Shown piece by piece: positions 1 to 9,100 of a stretch of DNA of 42,440 nt (positions are counted from its first letter, which is position 1; the number at the start of each line of letters is the position of its first letter). Source of the stretch: a bacterium (GTDB lineage Bacteria; UBP6; UBA1177; JAKLFG01). The position numbers and the translations under genes were made by a program. The stretch covers positions 1-42,440 of the forward strand of contig JAKQHE010000171.1 in NCBI GenBank assembly GCA_029573155.1, read 5' to 3'. The notes below the pieces were generated by a model. That model had not been told where the DNA came from. It ran no database searches and saw only the letters and a list, made by a program, of their open reading frames with translations.

Positions 1-2
1 CG

Positions 3-1946
3 GTCGGTGACAGCGACACCCCGGTCGGCGACAACGACACTCCGATACTCCCCGATGAAGACTCTCCTGTCAGCGACGACCTGCTCTCCGACAGCGACGA
101 TATCATCATCCCCGATATCGACACCTACTGTGATCCGGTGACGACCTGCAACGATAACGGGACCTGCCAGCCCGATGGCTCCTGCCTCTGCGACGAGGGC
201 TACCAAGGGACCTTCTGCGACGCCTGCGACGACGGCTATGTCGGCTACCCCGACTGTTTCGCGTGCGATCCGGCGGTCGTCTGCACCGGCCACGGCACCT
301 GCAAGAACGACGGTTCCTGCGCCTGCTTCGTCGGCTACGACGGGACCGCCTGTGACGACTGTTCCGACGGCTATGTCGGCTATCCCGACTGCTACTATCA
401 GGCATGCATACCGGGGACCCGCAAGTGCAATGGCCTCGGCACGGTCCAGCAGTGCAACACGCTCGGCACGGCGTGGGAGGATGTAGAGAACTGCGGTAGC
501 GGCTCCGAATGTTTCGAGGGCAACTGCCTCAACGAATGTCAACTGGCCGAGGCGAAGGAGAGTTATGTCGGATGCGAATACTGGGGCGCCTTTCTGCAGA
601 ATGTCTCGCCCGACACCTATGCGGTGGTCGTCGCCAATCCGAACGACACCGCGGTAACGGTGACGGTGTACGGCAACGGTGACCTGCAACTCGCCCAGTT
701 CACCGTCAACGCGGGCGCGCTGAACTCCCAGACCTTCGACACATCGCGGCATCTCACTGGTGTCGGCATATTCAACCATGCCTTCAAGATCGTCGCCTCG
801 CGGCCGGTCACCGTGACCCAGATGAACCCCTTCGGCAATGTGCTGACCTATACGAATGACGCGACCCTGCTTCTTCCCAAAGGGGCGCTCGGTCTCCAGT
901 ACTATGCGATGAGTTGGCCCGATTGGAAATATTACGAAGAGGATGGCTGCGACGAGACCGAATACAACTATCCCGGCTATGTGACCGTGATAGCGACCGA
1001 ACCGGGGACCACTTCGGTGACGGTCAAATACAGTGCGGCATCACGAGCCGGCACCGGCGTCGCGGCGCAGGCGGCCGGAAGCACCGCCACCTATTCGCTC
1101 AACCAATATCAGGTGCTCAACCTCAACTCGGCGGGCCCCGGTTGCGGCGACAGCACCTGCTATGGCGCCGACCTCACCGGCAGTTTCATCGAGGCCGACA
1201 AGAGGGTCGCCGTCTTCGGCGGCCACATGTGCACCTATGTGCCGGCCGGGTCTCCCGCCTGCGACCACCTCGAACACCAGATATTCCCGCTCCGCTCGTG
1301 GGGTATGAACTACGCCGCGGTCCGCACCAAACCACGCGGTTCCGAGGCCGATTACTGGAAGATACTCGCCGCGCAGGACGGCACAAGCGTATCGTGGAGC
1401 GGTGGCGTGACCGGTTCGGTAACCCTCAATGCCGGACAGGCCCACCAACTCTCGACGACCGCCGATTTCGTCGTGACCGCCGACAAACCGATATTGCTCG
1501 CCCAGATACTCGCCTCGCAGGATGCCGGCGCGGGCACCGGGGACCCGGCGCTGATGCTCACCGCGCCGAACGAGCAGTTCCGCAAGGACTACATATTCCT
1601 CGTCGCCCCCAACTACGATTACGACCGGCTCACCATCGTCGCGCAGGCCGATACCAACATCACGCTCGACAGCACCTCGATGAGTTCGAACACCTTCACC
1701 GCGATAGCCGGCACCTCGTGGCTGCGCCAGTATGTCGATACGGCCGACGGCGCCCACAAACTGACCGCCGACAAGCCGGTCGGCCTCTATGTGTACGGCT
1801 TCTCGCAGTATGTCTCCTACGCCTACACCGCCGGACTCGACCTCGTCGAGATATACAGTTGCTGGGATCTCAACAGCAACGGCACCTGCGACATCGCGAC
1901 CGAGGACCTGTCGGGCGACGGCGTCTGCAACGAACGCGACTGCTGA
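3..1946 (+). CDS. 5'-truncated surface protein: acidic linker, two laminin-type EGF repeats, IgGFc-binding (FcGBP N-terminal-like) domain, shared C-terminal CWDLN tail
   Basis: The frame is open from base 3 (VGDSDTPVGDNDTP...), so the true start lies upstream of the window. CxCxxGYxGxxCDxCxxGYVGYPDC occurs twice. IgGFc-type motifs: SYVGCEYW, YTNDATLLLP, DLTGSFIEADKRVAVFGGH, CDHLEHQIFP, GDPAL, VGLYVYG, SYAY. Confidence 0.85.
   Translation, partial: VGDSDTPVGDNDTPILPDEDSPVSDDLLSDSDDIIIPDIDTYCDPVTTCNDNGTCQPDGSCLCDEGYQGTFCDACDDGYVGYPDCFACDPAVVCTGHGTCKNDGSCACFVGYDGTACDDCSDGYVGYPDCYYQACIPGTRKCNGLGTVQQCNTLGTAWEDVENCGSGSECFEGNCLNECQLAEAKESYVGCEYWGAFLQNVSPDTYAVVVANPNDTAVTVTVYGNGDLQLAQFTVNAGALNSQTFDTSRHLTGVGIFNHAFKIVASRPVTVTQMNPFGNVLTYTNDATLLLPKGALGLQYYAMSWPDWKYYEEDGCDETEYNYPGYVTVIATEPGTTSVTVKYSAASRAGTGVAAQAAGSTATYSLNQYQVLNLNSAGPGCGDSTCYGADLTGSFIEADKRVAVFGGHMCTYVPAGSPACDHLEHQIFPLRSWGMNYAAVRTKPRGSEADYWKILAAQDGTSVSWSGGVTGSVTLNAGQAHQLSTTADFVVTADKPILLAQILASQDAGAGTGDPALMLTAPNEQFRKDYIFLVAPNYDYDRLTIVAQADTNITLDSTSMSSNTFTAIAGTSWLRQYVDTADGAHKLTADKPVGLYVYGFSQYVSYAYTAGLDLVEIYSCWDLNSNGTCDIATEDLSGDGVCNERDC
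1860..1943 (+). repeat. Shared 28-codon C-terminal module, copy 1 (CWDLNSNGTCDIATEDLSGDGVCNERDC)
   Basis: Near-identical to 4011-4094 and 5989-6072; each copy is followed directly by the stop codon. Confidence 0.95.
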
Positions 1947-1981
1947 TCCCCCCACTTATTGTTGTCCCCCCATATTTTCGT

Positions 1982-2010
1982 TTGACTTTCCCCTTTTCTT
2001 CACCTATAAT
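1982..2010 (+). promoter_or_regulatory. sigma70-type promoter
   Basis: TTGACT-N17-TATAAT upstream of ATG 2055. Confidence 0.8.
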
Positions 2011-2054
2011 CGCCGCGTCGGTTCGATTTAACCATGTGTAAGGGGGCAAAACCC

Positions 2055-4097
2055 ATGAAAACGATCATCTTTCCGGTCGCGGCGCTGAGTCTGTTCTTTT
2101 TCGCCTGTTCTTCCGATGTGGCGAAGATACTGAACGACGACCTTCTCATAGGCGACGGCGTGAATATCCCCGATGATAACGGGAACGACGGGATCACCAA
2201 AGATGATGGCCCGCTGGTCAACGATGACGGCCAGTTGATAAACGACGACGGTCAGGTCATCAATGACGACGGTCAGGTCATCAATGACGACGGTCAGGTC
2301 ATCAACGATGACGGCCAGATCATCAACGACGACGGCCAGATCATCAACGATGACGGCGAGGTCGTCACGGATGACGGTGGTGAAATATCCGACGAGGAAC
2401 TGAATGACGGGTTCTGGCCCGACGAAGAGAACCCCGATAACACCACCCCCGATGACACCACCCCCGACAACGAGACACCCGACGAAGACCTCCCTCAGAT
2501 ATGCACCCCGCTGGAGACAGTTGACTGTCCCTATTCCGGCGATACGAACAAGATCGGCGTGGGTCCTTGCAAGGTCGGGACGAAGCAGTGCAATCTTGAC
2601 GGCACCGACTGGAGCGACTGTTCCGGCGAGGTTCTCCCGGAAGCGACCGACCCCTGCACCGACAGCGTGGATAACGACTGCAACGGCACGGTCAACGATG
2701 GCTACGATGACGGCGCCACCGGCTGCGCCTGTTTGCCGGGCACCCCCACCTCGTGCTACACCGGACCGGTCGGCACGCTCGATGTGGGCATCTGTCATGC
2801 GGGCACCATGACCTGCAATGTCTTGGGGACCGGTTACGGCACCTGCATCAACGAACAGACCCCCCTTGCTACCGACATCTGCGGGAACGGGCTCAACGAC
2901 GACTGCGACGCCGAGACCGACGAAAGTATAGACGCCGACGGCGACGGCTACGGCACCTGCGGCGGCGACTGCTGCGACAACACCAACCGATGCGCCGACC
3001 CGGCGAAGGTCAATCCCGGCGCGGTAGAGGTCGTGGACGACACCGTGGACAACAACTGCAACAACCAACTCAACGAAGACCCGCAACCCGCATGCTCGAG
3101 CGCCGCGAAGTTCAGCGGCACCACCGCGACCGACCTCGTGAACGCCATGGACATCTGTCAGGTCGCCGCGAACGGCTCGTGGGGCATCGTCGGCACACCG
3201 ACCATAACCCGCGCCAGCGGCTCGGGGGCCATCGACAACCTGCAGGTCGCGGTGATGACCCAGTTCGGTACCCACGCGTCAAACCTCGCCATCGCGAACG
3301 CCACGATGGCCTCGCTCTCCTCGGGCCGCGCTCGCGACTCGAACGACCCCAACGCCCCCGATTCCGACACTTACCAATATTACACCGGCAATCCGCCCGC
3401 CGATTTCAGCGCCCCCTACGGCGGCGGGGCCAACCTGCCCCAGAGCAATCCCAACTGCGACAACGGCTCAGGCGCCAACGACGCGACGATGCTGACCGTG
3501 CAGGTCAAGGTGCCGACCAACGCCCTTTCCTTGTCCTTCAACTTCCGGTTCTTCTCGCATGAATACTGGGAATACCAGTGCACCACATACAACGATTTCT
3601 TCATCGCGATGCTCTACACCGGCGCGACGGGCATCCCGGCCGACAAGAATATATCGTTCGATTCGAACGGCAGATACATCAGCGTCAACTCCGAGCAGTT
3701 CTTCACGGTCTGCACGAGCAAGGAGGACGGGAGCGGGTGCGGCGGCACCGACTACATCTGTTCAGACGGCCCCGCCGCGCTTGCCGGCACCGGATTCGAC
3801 ATATGGGAAGAGGGCGGCTGCGATGAGGACGACCATTACAGAGGCGGCGGCACGAAATGGCTTTCGACCGTCGCGCCGGTCGTCCCGGGCGAAACGATAA
3901 CGCTCAAGTTCGTGATATGGGACACCTCCGATCAGGCACTCGACTCGACCGTCATCATCGACAACTTTAAGTGGAGCGCGCAGGGCACGAGCGGTCCTTC
4001 GACCTTCGAGTGCTGGGATCTCAATAAGAACGGCACCTGCGATATCGCCACCGAGGACCAGTCGGGCGATAATGTCTGCAACGAACGCGACTGCTAA
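2055..4097 (+). CDS. Cys/Asp-rich lipoprotein with putative metal-binding (MopE-like) repeats and choice-of-anchor-L-like domain; shared CWDLN tail
   Basis: RBS AAGGGGG before ATG 2055. Lipobox FFFAC. NDDGQxI repeats. NPGAVEV..D.VDNNCN motif. C-domain motifs SLSSG, FNFRFFSHEY.EY.C..YNDFF, NISFD, GGTKWL...APVVPGETITLKFVIWD..D..LDS.V.IDNF.W. Confidence 0.85.
   Translation: MKTIIFPVAALSLFFFACSSDVAKILNDDLLIGDGVNIPDDNGNDGITKDDGPLVNDDGQLINDDGQVINDDGQVINDDGQVINDDGQIINDDGQIINDDGEVVTDDGGEISDEELNDGFWPDEENPDNTTPDDTTPDNETPDEDLPQICTPLETVDCPYSGDTNKIGVGPCKVGTKQCNLDGTDWSDCSGEVLPEATDPCTDSVDNDCNGTVNDGYDDGATGCACLPGTPTSCYTGPVGTLDVGICHAGTMTCNVLGTGYGTCINEQTPLATDICGNGLNDDCDAETDESIDADGDGYGTCGGDCCDNTNRCADPAKVNPGAVEVVDDTVDNNCNNQLNEDPQPACSSAAKFSGTTATDLVNAMDICQVAANGSWGIVGTPTITRASGSGAIDNLQVAVMTQFGTHASNLAIANATMASLSSGRARDSNDPNAPDSDTYQYYTGNPPADFSAPYGGGANLPQSNPNCDNGSGANDATMLTVQVKVPTNALSLSFNFRFFSHEYWEYQCTTYNDFFIAMLYTGATGIPADKNISFDSNGRYISVNSEQFFTVCTSKEDGSGCGGTDYICSDGPAALAGTGFDIWEEGGCDEDDHYRGGGTKWLSTVAPVVPGETITLKFVIWDTSDQALDSTVIIDNFKWSAQGTSGPSTFECWDLNKNGTCDIATEDQSGDNVCNERDC
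2199..2387 (+). repeat. Coding 21-bp tandem repeat (7 core NDDG[QE]xx units plus 2 degenerate flanking units)
   Basis: Units of the form aa[ct]ga[ct]gacgg[ct]cag... start at 2220, 2241, 2262, 2283, 2304, 2325 and 2346. Variation is mostly synonymous. Confidence 0.95.
4011..4094 (+). repeat. Shared C-terminal module, copy 2 (CWDLNKNGTCDIATEDQSGDNVCNERDC)
   Basis: Direct alignment with copies 1 and 3. Confidence 0.95.
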
Positions 4098-4128
4098 GAA
4101 AGATATCTCAACAGAAAGGGGGTGATGC

Positions 4129-6075
4129 ATGACCCGCATCCTGTACCTGCTTGCGGCAGGAGTGATCCTTTTCGTACTCGCCTGCTCCGAGGTGAAAAGC
4201 ACGCCGAACGACGAGGAGGGCGATGACGGCGACGGCATCGTAACGGTCGATACCGACCAAAAGGCCCTTCCCGACACCGTGACCGACACGAAACCCGACG
4301 GCGACACGATCCCGATCGACGGCGACGCTCCGGTCGTCGACGATAACACCCCTATCACCGACGGCGACACCCCGCCCGTCGAGAACGACACCCCGGTCGA
4401 CGACGGCGACGGCATACTCAACGACGAGGATCCCGACGAGATCGATGTCGAGTGGCCCGATACCGATTCCGACACCGTGATATGCACCGCCAACGAGGAG
4501 GTCGCCTGCCCCTATTCCGGCGACCCGCTGACCGAGAATGTCGGCCTCTGCAAGGCGGGCAAAAAGAAATGCTCGCCCGACGGCACCGCATGGAGCACCT
4601 GTTCCGGCGAGGTGCTTCCCGCGGAGAACGACCCCTGCAACGACCTCGACGACAACGACTGTAACGGCACGGTCAACGACGGCTACGCGGACGGCGCCAC
4701 CGGCTGTATCTGTACGCCGAAGGAAGAGACGGCCTGCTACACCGGCCCCACGGGGACCGAAGGCGTCGGCATCTGCCACGCCGGGATCAGCACCTGCAAC
4801 GACTACGGGAACGCGTGGAGTTCCTGTACCGACGAACAGACCCCCGTCACCGAGATATGCGGCAACACCCTCAATGACGACTGCGTCGGCGACGCCGATG
4901 ACGGGCTCGACGAAGATCTCGACGGCTGGACCGTTTGCGAGAACGACTGTTGCGATAGGACCACCCAGTGCGAGAACCCGGCGGTCGTCAATCCCGGCGC
5001 GGTCGAGGTCACGGGCGATACCATCGACAACGACTGTAACGACCAGACCGACGAGGTTCCGACCGGCTGCAGCACGGTGGCGAAGTTCAGCGGCACAACG
5101 GCCCTTGACCTCGTGAACGCGATGGACATCTGCACCACGGCGCTGAACGGCTCGTGGGGCATCGTCGGGACCCCGACGCTGACCCGCGCCAACGGGGCCG
5201 GCTCAATAGACAATCTCCAGATAGCGGTATCACAGCAATTCGGCACCGACGAATCGAACATCGCCATCTTCCCGCCCCCGCCATCAGCCGGAGTACCCGG
5301 CGGCACCATGGCGGTCCTCTCTTCGGGCCGGGCCCGCGACATGAACGACCCCGATGCCACCGCATTGAAGACCTATCGTTACGAGACCTCAAACCTTAAC
5401 TCGGCCCCTGCCGATTTCACCACGCCGCACGGCGGCCTGCCACAGACGAGCGCCACCTGCCCCGCCGGGACCTACGCGAACGATTCGGTGATGCTCACCC
5501 TGCAACTCAAGGTGCCGACCAACGCCCTCTCCTTCTCGTTCAACTTCCGCTTCTTCTCGCAGGAATACTGGAAATGGACCTGCGACACCGATGGCTACAA
5601 CGACTTCTTCATCGCGATGCTTTACACCGGCGCGGCGGGCATTCCGGCCGACAAGAACATATCGTTCGACCAGAACAGCAGTTACATCAGCGTCAACTCG
5701 AGTGCCTTCTTCACCGTCTGCGAGGCGAAGAGCGGCTATACCTGTCCCGATGGTGCCTCCGCTCTTGCAGGAACAGGCTATGGAGAAAAGTATTATTATG
5801 ATGCTACGAACTACGACATGGGCGGAGGCACCAAGTGGCTCACGACCGCCGCGCCGGTCGTGCCGGGAGAGACGATAACGCTCAAGTTCGTGATATGGGA
5901 CACCAACGACCGCGATCGCGATTCGTTGGTCATCATCGACAACTTCAAATGGAGCGCGCAGGGAACGAGCGGTCCCTCCACCTTCGAGTGCTGGGACCTC
6001 AACCAGAACGGCAATTGCGATATCGCGACCGAGGACAAGTCGGGCGACGAGACCTGCAACGAGCGCGACTGCTGA
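4129..6075 (+). CDS. Paralog of 2055-4097: Cys/Asp-rich lipoprotein with choice-of-anchor-L-like domain; shared CWDLN tail
   Basis: RBS AAGGGGG. Lipobox VLAC. Colinear with the upstream paralog from CPYSGD to the C-terminus. Confidence 0.85.
   Translation: MTRILYLLAAGVILFVLACSEVKSTPNDEEGDDGDGIVTVDTDQKALPDTVTDTKPDGDTIPIDGDAPVVDDNTPITDGDTPPVENDTPVDDGDGILNDEDPDEIDVEWPDTDSDTVICTANEEVACPYSGDPLTENVGLCKAGKKKCSPDGTAWSTCSGEVLPAENDPCNDLDDNDCNGTVNDGYADGATGCICTPKEETACYTGPTGTEGVGICHAGISTCNDYGNAWSSCTDEQTPVTEICGNTLNDDCVGDADDGLDEDLDGWTVCENDCCDRTTQCENPAVVNPGAVEVTGDTIDNDCNDQTDEVPTGCSTVAKFSGTTALDLVNAMDICTTALNGSWGIVGTPTLTRANGAGSIDNLQIAVSQQFGTDESNIAIFPPPPSAGVPGGTMAVLSSGRARDMNDPDATALKTYRYETSNLNSAPADFTTPHGGLPQTSATCPAGTYANDSVMLTLQLKVPTNALSFSFNFRFFSQEYWKWTCDTDGYNDFFIAMLYTGAAGIPADKNISFDQNSSYISVNSSAFFTVCEAKSGYTCPDGASALAGTGYGEKYYYDATNYDMGGGTKWLTTAAPVVPGETITLKFVIWDTNDRDRDSLVIIDNFKWSAQGTSGPSTFECWDLNQNGNCDIATEDKSGDETCNERDC
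5989..6072 (+). repeat. Shared C-terminal module, copy 3 (CWDLNQNGNCDIATEDKSGDETCNERDC)
   Basis: Direct alignment with copies 1 and 2. Confidence 0.95.
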
Positions 6076-6095
6076 CCTCTTCTGACATCTTCCTC

Positions 6096-6124
6096 TTGAC
6101 ACCGACACCCGTTCCGGCGACAAT
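6096..6124 (+). promoter_or_regulatory. sigma70-type promoter for the GH13 gene
   Basis: TTGACA-N17-GACAAT; RBS GGAGG before ATG 6152. Confidence 0.65.
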
Positions 6125-6151
6125 AGGCCGTCACCGCAACGGAGGCCCCTC

Positions 6152-9100
6152 ATGCGCGTCCCTATCGTCACCGTTATCGCGCTTTTTTTCCTTCTGCTCG
6201 TCGTCGCCTGCGACAAGAGCGCCACGCAAGGTCCCTGCGACGGGATAGACTGCTCCGGCCACGGCACCTGCGATGCGACGAGCGGACGCGCCGTCTGCAT
6301 CTGCGACGAGAACTATCACCCGAACGGTCTCCTTGAGTGCATCGCCGACACCGATCCGTGCGAGGGGGTCGATTGCGACGAGTGGGAGAGCTGCGTGAAC
6401 GGCTCCTGCGACCCGCTCCCGGGGAAATGCAACGACAAGGACGACTGTGGGCCGAACGAGGCGTGCGAGGACCATACCTGCGTCTACCACGATCCCTGCG
6501 AGGGGATCGACTGTTCGGGCCACGGCGAGTGCACAAGCGGCTACGGCTACGGTGACGAGGTGTTCTGCGACTGCGATGAGAACTATCACGCGGTCGGGCT
6601 GGAATGTCTGCCCGGCGAGACGCCTGACGATGATCAACTGATCCCCGACGGCGACACGGTGACCGACCCCTGCGCAACGGTCACCTGCGATGAATGGAAG
6701 GAATGTTCCGGCGGTGACTGCATCCTGAAAGAGGGTCGCTGTGAAAAGAGCGATGACTGCGGCGAGGACGAGATATGCGACACGGCTGCCCACGACTGCA
6801 TCGCCGACCCCTGTCTGGCGGTGACCTGCGGTAACGGCGGCGTCTGTTCGACGAGCGGTGTGACGCCGCTGTGCAACTGCCCCGACGGCTTCATGGCGAC
6901 CGGGCTTACCTGCATCGCCGACACCGGGACGAAGATCGACTGGTGCAATGTGCAGTGGCCCCCCGCCATCGAGGCGACGGTGGGCGACGCGCCGACCCGT
7001 ACCTACAGTCAACTCTACATCGGCGGCATCACCGACGGCGGCAAGCCGCAGAACGCCGGCGTGAGCGCGCAACTGGGCTACGGCGTAAAGACGCTCACCT
7101 ACCCCATCATCCAGACCGACCTCGTATGGGTCGATGCCGATTTCAATATCACCGGCGCGGGCGATTTCGGGAACAATCACGAATACATGACCGACTTCCC
7201 GACCGCGAAGACCGGGCTGTTCAACTATATCTATCGCTACTCTCTGAATGAGGGGGCGAGTTGGTACTATTGCGACCTGAACGGCAGGATAACCTCCGGT
7301 GCGATAACGCCCGGCATCGCGACGATATCGGGCGGCGGCGATGACTGCGGCGGCGTCTCGTGCGCCGAGTGGGAATCGTGCGCCATCGATCTCTGCGAAC
7401 CGCTTCCGGGCCGCTGTAACATGAAGGCCGATTGCGAGAGCGACGAAGAGTGCGACCTCGGCACCCACTACTGCGTCAATGCGGCGGGAGTGCTCCTCCT
7501 CGACGGCGCGGTCGTGCAGGGAAGCGACGCCTACACCTTCACCGTCCGCTATGTCGGCACCGACGAACTCGATCTCGCGCAGAGCGTCGTGACGCTGAAC
7601 GGCGTCGATATCACCGCGACGCTCACCTACGATCCGACCGCGAACACCGTCACGATATCGGAAAGCGGTATCGCGCAGAAGGGGAAATACACCTATCTAT
7701 TCCGCGCCAAAAACAGCAAGGGGGCGCCGATAGAGCCGCTCTATGTGCCGCTCTGGGTCGAGACGACGCCGTTCGACTGGCGCGACGCCTTTCTCTACCA
7801 GATCATGAACGACCGGTTCCTGAACGGTGACGCGCTGAACGATCAGCCGATCGCCGGGGTCGACGCGATCCGCAACTGGATGGGCGGTGATTGGGCCGGC
7901 ATCATCGAGAAACTGGATGGCGACTACTTCACCGACCTCGGGGTGAACGCGCTCTGGATATCCTCGCCGGTCAAGAACACCGCGAAGTCGGGTAAAGGGA
8001 TGAACGACAACTATCAGTACGCGGCCTACCATTCCTACTGGCCGATCGCGACCGGTTGGACCGACACCGACCCGCTGTCGGGTCTTTCCTCGCCGCTGGA
8101 GGACCATTTCGGGACCGATGCCGAACTGCGCGAACTGGTGCAGAAGGCGCACGCCAAGGGCATCCGCGTTCTCATCGATCTCGTCGCCAACCATGTCCAC
8201 ACCGACAGCCCGCTGTGGATAGAGCATAAGAACGACGGCTGGTTCAACATGGCGCCCGACGGGAAGACGCCCAATGTGAACGGCGGCTACAACTGCGGCT
8301 GGGACGCCCCGATCGAATGTTGGTTCACCGACTATCTGCCCGACTTCGATTACCGCGACAAGGAACTGCTCGATCTGGTACTCGACCACGCGGTATGGCT
8401 GGTCCACGAATACGACTTCGACGGTTTCCGGATGGACGCGGTCAAACACATGGTGATGGGCTTCACGACCGGCACGCGGAGTCGCATCGAACAGGATATC
8501 GTGACCACCGGCATCCCGTTCTACACCGTCGGCGAGACCTTCGACGGCGACAAGATGAAGATAGCCGAATATGTCGGCGCCGACAAACTCGACGGGCAGT
8601 TCGATTTCCCGCTCTACTTTCAGGTGCGCGACATCCTGCTCCAGCATTCGCGAGGGATGAACGAACTGGCCTCTTTCGTCGCCGCGAACGACACCTACTA
8701 CACCGACCGCTGGAACGGCGCGATCATGTCGAACTTCATGGGCAACCACGATGTGACCCGTGCCCTCACCTTCGCCGGCGGCGACCACGCCCGACTGCGG
8801 ATGGCGCAGACCTTCCTCCTCACCTCGCCCGCCATCCCGCTCATCTATCAGGGCGACGACATCGGCATGGAGGGGGGCGAAGATCCCGACAACCGGCGCA
8901 TGATGGTGTTCGAGCCATCGCTTTCGACCGATCAGCGGGCGACGCTCGCTCACCTGAAGAAACTCGGCATGGCCCGCAAGGCGCATCCGGCGCTCCGCAC
9001 CGGGATCCGCACGACGCTCATCAGTGAAACGAACCTCTGGGCCTACCGGATGAAAAGCGGCGCCGACGAGGCCATCGTGATACTCAACCGCGGGGCACAG

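Noticed and set aside
2199-2387. Tandem 21-bp repeats as a CRISPR array
   Set aside because: There are no spacers, the repeats are in frame within a CDS with synonymous variation, and no cas genes are present.
1860-6072. Tail as a MYXO-CTERM, PEP-CTERM or LPXTG sorting signal
   Set aside because: It has no hydrophobic TM segment and no basic C-terminal cluster.
1860-6075. Repeated 3' gene ends as diversity-generating retroelement VR/TR pairs
   Set aside because: There is no reverse transcriptase in the window, differences include C/T synonymous changes rather than adenine-specific ones, and all copies are coding.
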